Below are positions 52,771 to 64,000 of a stretch of DNA of 64,000 nucleotides, piece after piece. The notes under the pieces were generated by a model. The model was not told the DNA's origin and did no database searches. It was given only the letters and a program-made list of their open reading frames with translations. Origin of the DNA: Euprymna scolopes (Eukaryota); assembly GCA_053919585.1 (NCBI GenBank), contig CM132812.1; one strand, 5' to 3'. The position numbers and the translations under genes were made by a program. The stretch's first letter is position 1. Every line of letters starts with the position of its first letter.

Positions 52771-54989
52771 TAGACAACACTTGTCATGCCATTGTTGGTC
52801 AGGGTGACAGTAACAAAAGTGATGGAACAATTTCAGCATTTTCTGATTCTTTAAGAATCAGAAAATGCTTACGGAGTTTGATATGCATGGATTTGCACAT
52901 CAATAAAGCCTCCTCAAAGAACACAAAGACTAAAGGCTGAGAGGACACTAAGAGTTGAGATCTTTAAGCCAAACCAGTCAAAATATAGGAAGTCATATAG
53001 ACACTGACAATCTTATAAATTACAAACTATTTTGGCATACAAAACAAATGTTAGTCTTTTCTTTTGCCTTTATTTTGCTTATTTCTTTGGCATTATTCTT
53101 GATTTCTGATACAAACAAAATCAAGGAAAAACCAGAATTTGTCATGTTTTCCACACACACACAAAAAAAAAAAAAAATCTTGATTGCAACCAATGTAGAA
53201 AGTCATACAAACATGGATAATCCTCATTTTAATTACAATTTAGCTATAGTTTAATTTTTTTTTCCAGATATCTGTATTAAACATAAAAAAAATATAATCT
53301 TTGCTAATATTTTCAACCATTCCAGCATTTTCTAATTTTGATACAATTACCGATTCTTAAGATCTGTATATATTAAGCTATAGTTTGTATCTGTTTGATT
53401 CCTATGAAAATTGATGTAATATGGGCATATATTTTTGCAAACAAAAATACACTGGCTGCAGATGAGGGGGGGGTCTATAGATTTTAGTTTTTCTGTTAGT
53501 TTAAAAATCAATAAATATATTTAAAAAAAAAAAAAAAATTTTTCTTCAATTCGATACCCCCTCATCTAAAAAGTATCCATTTTTCCAATAACAAGTAATT
53601 GTCCCAACACTAAAACGTTAGTGCATTAGGCTTTGTTGATAAATTATACATAAGATGCAGAGCCTTATAAAAAAAAAAATTTTTCAACGATTAGCATTCG
53701 CATCATTGAAAGATACCGCGCTCAAAAGCTGCATTTCAGCTGCAAAAGATCTGGTTTCAAGTTTCTTCAATCAATAAATAAAAAGGCAAACTATAACCCT
53801 TACCCTCGAGTGGCCTTTATAAAGGCTTTGTTAAAATAAATTTAAAAATCATACAAGAATAAGTTTCACTACAGACACTTAAGTTTGAACTTTGGAAATA
53901 ACGAAAGGAAGGACAACCATTTGCGATAAATATTCAAGCAGGTTGTCTTAAACTGGAAATTCTGTAACAAGCTCCAACTCTTCCTAATGGCTCACTTTGA
54001 CTGGTGCAGCTGCTCTTACTCATAAGCAGCAAGCACTCCACAGATCTGATTGCCATAAGTCAGCTAGAAAAAGATAAATTTGTAGCAGAAAATGCATAGA
54101 GTCACAGAAATTAGGAACTCATGTTTTCTAGAAAATGTAGAATAGTGTGGTCAATAATGGATATCAGATAAAATAAATTGTTCAGCAGTTTTCACTGAAC
54201 TTAAAAACATGTCCCCCTCCGCCCCGATTCTCTATAGACAGAAACCATGATAATCTGATCATTCCTGCCGCAGATATTAAGGTGAAACTTATAATCACAG
54301 AATCAAACAGAGTCAAATCTAATAGGTCCCTAATCCTATCAAATTCCAACGCATCCTGTGCCTGTTTTACAAGCATTTTGGAAACAAAAGGATAAATATT
54401 TGACAAATTAAAACATTGGCTTCATTTGCTAACATCAAAAGATAACGCAATTGGAATTTTGGAAGAGCAATACAAATTAACAGACTGATCAAGGTGGGAT
54501 GGGGGGGGGGTGTAAAAATTTTGGGTCAGTTAGAGAGTTGTTTGCTTGGCGATAGCATTGACTCTTCTGTTCAGGAAGCTAGAAGCATTTATGACTTGAT
54601 GTAAAGACAAGCAAGGAGTACTTGGCATTGTGATTCATCACCACGGTGTCAATAAATAGAAATAAAGTACATTTAAAATTGTAAAACGGTATGCGTTCAC
54701 TTTTAAGTACTGTACCTTGTCATCTTCAATGAATGACATTATGAACTGTTCTTTGTTATACATGTAAAATGTGCACAAGATACGAGCATTGATGATTTTA
54801 TAAATCGACAATTATATATACAAATGACAACTATGATTTTATACAGGCAAAAAGAAAAAAAAATTTTTTTTTTTTAACTCAGGTTCACTCCTCACAAAGC
54901 ATATTGCCAATTGGACTCAAGAGGCTACTCTTTGGAGCCATGTTTAGGAAAGATTAACAAGATACGTTTATGTTACATTTAAACTTCTG

Positions 54990-55748
54990 CATATCAGTAC
55001 AAGTGTGTGTGCATGCGTGCGTGCGTATTTCCCCCGAACTGTCAATTTTCAGTTTACAGACTCGAGATTTGGGGGAAATCTTTAATCGGTTTTTGGCCAG
55101 AAATTTGGCTGTCAAGGGGGGGGGGGGGTCAATGTTCAACGATTCGACCTTTAAAAACTCCAAACTTCTCCGCCAATTTTGGGTCCAAACACTTGAAATT
55201 TTAGATGTAGGTTACTTGGACATGGATCAAACTTTAATTTAATTTGAGCTCAAAACAATAAATGTTAAAGTCAAAATTATGGTCAAAGTTACAAAAATTT
55301 TGACCTCTGCAATCTACCAAATTACTCAGCCAATTTTTAGTATAAACATTTGAAATTTTACACAAAGTGTATTCAGACATAGGGCAAGCTTTTAAATCTT
55401 TTTTTTGGCTGAAAATTTGGCTGCCAAGGGGTCAAAGTTGAAAAGATTTGACCTTTGCTGTCTAGCAAACTATTCAGCCAATTTTGGGTCTAAACATTTG
55501 AAATTTTGCATAAGGTATTCAGACATGCAGCAAGCTTTTTAATCAGTTTTTGGGCGAAAATTCAGCTGCCAAGAGGTCAAAGTTGAAAGAGTTAACCTTT
55601 GTAGACTACCAAACTCCATCAATTTTGGGTTTAAACACTTCAATTTTTAGATATAGGTTACTGGACATGAGAAACAAACATATGTGGTGCATACACAAAC
55701 TTCTGATTAGTACATAAGGTCCAAGCAAAGCCAGACTGAACTGCTACT
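54990..55748 (+). mobile_element. Helitron-like non-autonomous element with internal ~150-bp tandem repeats
   Basis: CAATTTT.G..TAAACA.TT.AA.TTTT units at ~55172, 55329, 55477, 55619; microsatellite-like 5' part; degenerate hairpin-type end at 55719-55748. Confidence 0.5.
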
Positions 55749-57855
55749 ATGATTATAAAGATAAAAATCAATATTGTTTTAAAAATAGAGGTAGAAAGAC
55801 TTAAAAGCTCAATATTTATGCAGGCTTTCTTAAAAAAAAGGAAAATGTCAATGACAAGGTTAGTTATTTAGAGGTATATGCTAAGGAAGGGGAGCAGCAG
55901 GTCTATTTTTATGTAGACTCAGAAAATACAGTAGAATCCCAGCTGCCCCTCCTACAAAATAACTGACCTTTGTCAGTGACCATTTTTACTCTTAAAAGAG
56001 CCCACATAAGACTGTCTTTCCACTTTTAAAATCATCCGATTTTTATAATTATATATAACTGATATTTTTAACAAATATAAACAATTTATACCTTCAGACA
56101 CTAATGTTTCATCCAATCCGATTATATATATATATATATAAAAACAAAAAAAAACACATTTGTGTTTTAACAAATTATCAAATTCAATAAACTGAAAAAT
56201 ATTTCTGCTTTAAAATATTTTTATACGTGTTTTTAATTGGCATCGGTTGTAAAGACCCAATCGAAAGAGTTTCAGGTCTTGTACACTTGTTTTTATTAAA
56301 ACAATTTTTCATGCAAAATATATAACTAGACTTTTAACAATTGAAAACATTGACTTAAGATACTTTGTCAAATTGATAGTTGAATATGGTTAAATTTGTG
56401 CTCATTTTTGCATCAAATACTAATCTATATTAATCTAACTGTGCATCAAATGGATATCAGTTTGTGAAAGTGGAACCGAGATGGACTCGAGTCACCAAGT
56501 GCTGAGAGGAGGGGAGCAATAGACAAAGGAATAAACAAAATAGGAAGCAGCAAACAATGGATCTGTAGGTATTTTTAGATCAAAGCCTGCAGATTCGACA
56601 ATGACAATGCAAGCCTACAGATGACAAGGGAAGGGCAGCTTCCGGGTGGCCAGGGGCAACTTCAGATACCAACGCAGAGGAGACAGTTGACAATTAGATG
56701 CCCTTTGCGGCAGATGGGAGTTGACTGTGACAACGGTTGGACAATTTTTAGAGTTGACTGCGAAACAGAAATGAAGACAAATTGCGACTGACATGACCAT
56801 AACATCGATAGAACAAGGAGAAGACGCACACACTCAAGTCCAACTGTCAAAAATATGTGAAACATTAGCGTTGTTTTTCATGTTTTATTTTAATATTTCT
56901 TTTGTGAAACCATGCGTGTGTTCCTATCGCCAGTGAGAAAATGACGATCCGGCCATAAGAATAGTGGAACGAAAAATCCACAACACGACATTGGGAGTCT
57001 GCGATCCATTGGGGCCCATACACGTTTCGGTCAGTTTGTTGCACAAAATTTATACCAGATAGGCCCAATAGTTTCCAAGGAAAAGTGGAACAGAGATGGA
57101 CAAAGAAATATAGATACATAGCTGACATCCTGAAAATGTAGGTAGAGTGGCCTACTTTTTCAACTAAGAAAAAAACATTTTTCATTATAAAAGTCTAATA
57201 GATGTGATTAAAACAAGTGGTTGATAATTATTAAGTTGGTTCTGTCGTTTTTTGATGTTCAACTATATAGAAAACATTCTTGCACCAACTAAAAAAAAAA
57301 AAAAAAAAAAACACACGCTTATATTATATTTGTGCCATCCAGGTCAGAGTTTCATGATTTTGTTCTTAGGTCCCGAGGAAGTCACGGGGTCATTACTTAA
57401 TATCACCAATACAAATGGAAGCATATGCGGTTTGTGTGTTCAAATCTCTCAATTTAATAATAAGAAGGTTTGCTTTGTTGATCTTTTGTTCAGATTATTG
57501 CTTTATATAAACTTATTCTAGCCGAGCGTTTTAAACGGACTTATTTTCAAGGCATTAATTTTCAGTATGTCAGATACTCTTGCTAATATTGATATTTTGA
57601 GACTATAACTACATTCTAAATTAAATAGAAAAAAAAAACAAAAAAAAAAAAAAAACAGCAACAACCAATTCCAAAGTGGTTAGGAAAAGAATGGTATTTT
57701 AGAAGAAACCAGCAAATAAAATTAGTGAAATTTCATGTTTAATTTTGTTAATACTAGATTTTTGTAATGTTTGTATAAAATTTTGTATAAAAAGCAAAAC
57801 ATTTCTGTAGACTAAAGATACGTGACTGTCCAGGAATGTTAGCAATGGTTGATAT

Positions 57856-57893
<38 letters not shown>

Positions 57894-57984
57894 ATGCCAT
57901 AATTGCAATCAGCAGGTTTCTGCAGACAGAAAAAGTAGAGATTTTTTCCATCATAACTAGAGTGGTTGACTGGTCGTGCATGCG

Positions 57985-58386
57985 TATATATGTATGTACG
58001 CCTGAAACTTTCGACAGAGGCGACAGATTTTAACAAGATCTGTATCATTTTTAAGCTTGGCCATTCAGACGACAAATATGAAAATTTTAGCTAAAAACAT
58101 TAATTCCTTCACCCTCAACTGGGCACTTTTCTACAGAGAGGGGTCGCTTTTTTTCGCCAATATTTTTGGAAGCCATCCCATCTTTTCGATGGTCTAGCCT
58201 TAATTTAAACCTACGTCACTTCTGGTTTGGCGATAGGCGCAATAGTAAACCAGGCCCGTTTTTATTTTTCACATCCTTTTCCTCCTTCACAGTACAAGTT
58301 CAGGCCTGCCTGCTTGCCACCTACCACTTTTATTGCTCAACATACCTCCAAACACCCAGGCAACGCCGGGCAGGGCACGAGACTAG
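57985..58386 (+). mobile_element. Non-autonomous Helitron-like element (family 2, second copy)
   Basis: Homologous to 17113-17486; ends CCCAGGCAACGCCGGG...CTAG|T. Confidence 0.65.
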
Positions 58387-60044
58387 TAATAAATATAATG
58401 AAGTTTAATTACAGTGATAATATTTTTGATAGCCTTTAAAAGTAACTTAATATAGTTAACATACAATTCCCTAGGGTGGGGGTGGGAAATAGGAAAAACA
58501 AAAGCAAAACCCCAAATATCCAAAACATCTTTACCAAGATCATGCCCTAAAAGATTGATCTAGACTGATCTGAAAACATTGCTTAAATCTTGTCCATCAA
58601 AAATGTTATACCAGCTTGTATTTAATAAAATTCTTTCCACAGTCCAACCATAAACTTCCATCTTTGCTTAACTTATAGACATTGTCTTAATCATGAAACT
58701 TGTTTGATTCTAGCTGATGGCACTCAAGCATTTTTTTTTTTTTTTTTTTTTTAAATCATGACTATAATCGGTATAATATATGAAATAATTGACTAATGAT
58801 AAATCCAAAATCTAAATTAAAATGTCACATTTAAGTGTATTTTATGACCAGACAACGCCAGGCGTCCCGGCTAGTAAGTAGCTATATTTCTGCTTCAATA
58901 CATGTTTTCATTTGACATCACCAAGGATTAAATTAGTGGTTGTGAAATAAAGATTTCATTAAAAGAAAAAGGAAAATAACCATTTTTGAAGTTATTTCTC
59001 TTTAAAGCAGATAAGAGTATAAAAGGGGAACAAAAGACTTATTGGATTCAAATAATTTATGAAAAGGATTCTAAGATTAACAAAACACACTAATTTGTAA
59101 AGAAAAGATCCGCATTAACAATGCCACACTGAAGCTGCTTCATGTTGGAAATCTTTATCATTCTGTCAGCCGAGCTACAGAGGAAGAACAGACATCAGGG
59201 ATAAAAAATTTTTTTGGCATTTCTTATTGACACTGATTACAAATAAGGTAAAATTTTAAATAAATAAAACTGCATTAAAACAATGTAGAAATGTCTTTTC
59301 TTTTTTTTTTTTTTTTTTTTAAAAATCAAAACTAAATTCATACTTTTTTCAGTCAATGCACTCCATTACACCAACTGAATATGCCTCAACATTTTCTTTA
59401 AAAAAAAAATAAATAAAATAAGTGACTTATAGGTTTTTGGGTATGCTGAAAACCAATATCGCAGGGAGAATTAGCACAGACAAATAGTTAGAGATATAAA
59501 TATGTGTATTATGCAATGTAATTACTAGTAGTTTGCATTGGCCACCATCTTTGTTTCAATGAAATGGTTCAGTGAATATGCGCAGACACACTGAACTTAA
59601 GTCTACGAAATGCAAACGTTTATTCATCATTTCAAGCTAATTCCAGCCAAAACATCTTTCAAGAATTCAAATAAATTCGGTCAATGTGCACTGATTGTCC
59701 AACCTGTTTATTCCGGAAGCCATTCTTAGCATAGGGAGGTTAAAAAATAGCCTTTTGATCCGAATATTAGTAACACTGGTTGTATATTTATGCCATATAC
59801 ATGTGTGCATGTATATCTATAAAAATGATAATGTATGGAGGACAACTTTCAACCTACATACTCAAATTTTTTATCTACAAACTTGCAATTTGGTATAGAG
59901 GGTATTCAGACATGTGGAAAACTAATTGCTTTTCATCTGGAAAAAGGGGCTGCTAATAGGTCAAAATTTGGTACTTTGGAGTCAGGATTTTAATCTGTCA
60001 ACTGTTTCATGACTGCACATGTGAATTATTCACACGACAGAATA

Positions 60045-61415
60045 CAGTATCGGCCATAATATAAGGAACGGAAAAAAATTTACAATTATTCATGTATATT
60101 TAATTAGTGCATGGATTTTTCTGAAATACTCAGAATAAAAAAATAGAACCAATGTGTATAAATTAGTACCAAAAAAAAAGAAAAAAAAAAAAATTACGAT
60201 TCAATATTGAGAAATATTTTAGTTTAAAATTATATCTAGATTTATCCTGGCCAAAAGTTAAGGAACGAAATAGAAAATTTATTTTTAAGTGACTAAACTT
60301 TACATAAAAATAGCTAGTTTTTAATATTGGAACTGCTGATAAGCACAAAGAAAAATGGCATCACTGACTCGCAAAACTCTCTCCAAGAAAAAAAAAAAAA
60401 AAAAAAAAATTAATTTTAGACAATTACAAAGAAAAGAAATCAATTTCAACAATTTCTAATATTGTTCAAAGATCAAAAAGTGTTGTTCATCGTGTGATAG
60501 CTCGATATAAGAATAAAAATACATTAGAAGCATCCCCTAAAACCGGCAGACCCCCTAAAACGTCTCAAAGAGAAGATAGGATTATGGTAAGGCAGGCTCT
60601 TCGTGACAGATTCAAATCTGCAACATCAATTTCGTGATTTTAATGAACAGACTGGGAAAAATATATCTAGAAAAACTGTTTCGACGGTTAGCAGCTGCCG
60701 GATTACATGCCAGGGTGCCAGTATCTAAACCCTTGATCTCCAAGAAGAACAAAAATAGCTGTTTGAAGTTTGCCCATGAGCATGTCGTCTGGTCTGATGA
60801 ACAATGGACTAAGGTTCACTTCAGCGATGAATCCAAGTTCAATTTGTTTGGATCTGATGGAAAGAAGCATGTACGGCGTAAAGCAGGTGAACGATTATCC
60901 TCCAAATGTGTTAAAAAGACACTTAAATTCGGAGGAGGAAGTGTAATGGTGTGGGGTATGATATCCTCGGAAGGAGTTGGCCCTCTAGTTCGAATCTATG
61001 GTAGGGTTAATGCAGAGACTTATAAGCAGCTCCTTCAACAACATGTCATTGAGAGCTTACGCCTTTCACCTAATCAGCCAAGCATTTTTATGCAAGATAA
61101 CGCCCTTTGCCATAAAGCTAAAAAAGTGATAAGTTACCTCGAGGAAGAAGAAATAAGAGTAATGGACTGGCCAGCGCAGAGTCCGGATCTGAAACCGATA
61201 GAAAATGTTTGGAAAACGATTGGAGAAAGAGCACAGACGAGGAATCCCCAAAATCAAAATCATTTGTGGGATTTATTGAAGGAAGAGTGGGAAAAGATAA
61301 ATCCTGAATTTTGCAAGAAACTAATCCAGTTTTGTGGTCAAAGATGCAGTGAGGTTATAAAGAATAAAGGGATGTTCACTAAATATTGAATGAATTTATT
61401 TTTTAAAAAATTTGC

Positions 61416-61463
<48 letters not shown>

Positions 61464-61687
61464 ATTTCGTTCCTTAACTTTTGGCCAGGATAAATCCACA
61501 GATATAATTTTAAACTAAAATATTTCTCAATATTGAATCGTAATTTTTTTTTTTTTTGGTACTAGTTTATACACATTGGTTCTATTTGTTTATTCTGAGT
61601 ATTTCAGAAAAATCCATGCTCTAATTTTTGAAATATACATGAATAATTGTATTTTTTTTTCTGTTCCTTATATTATGGTCGATACTG
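60045..61687 (+). mobile_element. Tc1 element (DD34E) of IR/DR type, full length, N-terminus disrupted
   Basis: TA|CAGTATCGGCCATAATATAAGGAAC...GTTCCTTATATTATGGTCGATACTG|TA; ~230 bp TIRs with inner DR GGCCAAAAGTTAAGGAACG. ATG at 60355, GRPPK, and ORF 60634-61389 with FSDESKF, QDNA, SPDLKPIE. Confidence 0.97.
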
Positions 61688-61899
61688 TAAGTAGGTTTGA
61701 AAGATCGTGGAAAGCTGACCTAATAGTTATCGTACTTACTGTTTTTAGGTTTCGATCTCAGCTAGAGATTTTTTTTTACTTACAAGAAGTGAACCGTTTA
61801 GAAAAAAGAAAAACGTAATACTTGCATGCACTTGTCTCAGTTTTAAATACCGGGTGCATCTGCTAACATATATATATATATATAATAAAAAAATACCAA

Positions 61900-63348
61900 G
61901 GTACTCCCTAACAAAGATAAATTCATGAATTCCAAATAACTCAAGCACAAAAAGACTAACTTACGGCTTAATTATCACTTACTCCATGGTTACAAAAACA
62001 TTTACAAAAAACTGAAATCAAAATTATATACCAAAATATTCTACTTGAGGAAGATGGTGAAATTACATAAAACCAGAACTTTGTGATTTACTAAAAGCTG
62101 AAGCTACGAAAAATAGATAATTCTAAACCAGGCACCTCCATACTAACAAAATATTTAAACCAAGCCACAAAACAATTGCAAAACCACCAATTAAAAAAAA
62201 TAAAAAAAATAAAAAAAAAAAGCAGACAAAATCAACATGTTAGTTATCCTTAACAAATCTGAAAATGAGATATTTTAAATAAAGACAAGTTTAAGAAAAT
62301 AAACCATAACCCCCATACTTCAACTTAAAATTAATGAACTAATATCTGCAAAATCATGCAGATAGCCATAATGAAAAATTGCCCAAAATTATAGGTGATT
62401 ACAAACCTGTTATTATGGGACAATTAAAACTCACAAACCTAATTTTTCATTATGCCCTATCATTTCAACCCCTACTTAACTCTAAAATTATAAATCAAAT
62501 GGTATCTCCCTATATTCAAAACAAATACAGTATAAAATCTACAGAACAACTTATTCAGACTCTTAGGAGCAAGAAACCTGAGAATGGGACCATGGTTTCC
62601 TTAGATGTTAATCTGTTCACTAATGTTCCAGTAAAAGAAACAATAGATATTAAAAATATAATCCTAATCAATATCCACTTAAAATTAACTTTAACACCTT
62701 ATGCAAACTACTGTTGACCTGTACAACAGAAGTCCCGTTTCATGATCATCATGGCAACACCATACAAAAAGATGGTGTTGCCATGGGATCTGTTTTAGGT
62801 CCAACATTCAGTGAATTCTATATGGGTAATTTAGAAAACAAAATCCTTAGTCTCATACAAAAACCAATCTACTTACATATGTTAATGATATTTTAATATT
62901 TATCAAACATAAAATGATATTAACACCCTACAATCAGCTTCTCCGAAATAACTGCTTAACTTTACTCATGAGCTACACAAAAACAATTCCTATCTAGAAG
63001 TGTTAATAGATTGTAGAAACGAATTCTACTTTGATCTTAAAAATCTTGAATTGTAATGAGTGGCCCGATCACTACAAAACAGCTTTAATAACTTACTAAC
63101 CCGAGCTAATTTAATATCCTTTACCCAACTATATTTTAGAACCGGAATTCAACAATATTAAACAAACCTTAGTAAATAATGGATGCACCAACCATGTTAT
63201 TGATGAACAAATTGGGAAATTCAAAAATATTAACCTTGATACAGGATTCTCATCTACACTTACTACACACAAAACAATAAAAATCAAATGCACTATAATT
63301 AGAGAATAGACGAAAAAGTATTAAACAATGTGCAACCTATAGACCCTA

Positions 63349-63387
<39 letters not shown>

Positions 63388-64000
63388 CATTTACTATAAT
63401 TTAAAACCTCTAACCTGATTAGAACTAATAACTCTTCCCCTTCGATTAAGCTGTTTGATAGGACTAACTTGGTATAAGAGTTCAAAATGTCCTTTGGGGG
63501 ACTATCCGATAATAAAAGTGGAAGCATATATTTAGATTTGATTACCATCACTTTGAAAACCGCGCTATATTTAATCACTTGACCAAGCAACATTCCTGTC
63601 CTAATTTAGGATAATTTTAGTTGATACCTCTATACTTGAACAAACCAATAATAAATGGAAACTTGAAATAATAGAAGCATTACTAAGAAAATCTAAAAAA
63701 AAAAAAAAAAAAAAAAAAAACCTATTAACAAAGTAAACTTTAGCAATAGTAATAACATCCTGAAGTGTTTGTACAGTTATTTATTTTAATAGATTTGCAA
63801 ACATTTTAGGATGTTATTAATTTTAACCAATGGAAAAAAAAAAAAAAAAATTGACCAATGAGAAAAAAAAAAAAAAAAAAAAACTTTATAAATTGTTCAA
63901 AACCAGTTAGATTAATTTATCCCCAACGAAGGATTCGAAAGTAATTGGACTCATGATAAATATGGTGATTACATCATCCAGTTCCCGCCAGAAGTGAAGA
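61900..64000 (+). mobile_element. Penelope-like element, degenerate (RT plus GIY-YIG region)
   Basis: YSIKST, VSLDV-NLFTNVPVKETI, QKDGVAMGSVLGPTFSEFYMGNLE; decayed endonuclease (LEIIEALL) near 63500-63700. Confidence 0.85.

Noticed and set aside
56865-57185. 106-aa minus-strand ORF as a host exon
   Set aside because: The sequence resembles the subterminal region of non-coding non-autonomous repeats; no protein motif.

Overview
AT-rich eukaryotic (invertebrate-like) genomic DNA made almost entirely of transposable elements and duplicated sequence. I recognise no intact host gene, RNA gene or CRISPR array. Contents: a decayed BEL/Pao LTR retrotransposon (1-~4.2 kb) whose integrase frame runs into a TAF3-like PHD finger plus an RGRP AT-hook-like tail (the most unusual signal here); a 475-N assembly gap; three different Tc1 (DD34E) elements with TIRs and TA target sites; a DD37D/maT element; an R2-clade non-LTR element outside rDNA; Penelope-like, R4-like, RTE and CR1-like remnants; a gag fragment; Helitron-like non-autonomous elements; and SINE-like insertions with clear TSDs. 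About half the window is a direct tandem segmental duplication (~18.9-34.6 kb and ~34.7-50.0 kb) whose junction holds a 16-20 bp templated insertion. Almost all orientable TEs and most long poly(A) runs lie on the + strand, and weak exon-like segments lie on the - strand, which suggests a minus-strand transcription unit (large intron or uni-strand piRNA cluster). All alignments and family calls were made by eye from motifs; no searches were run.
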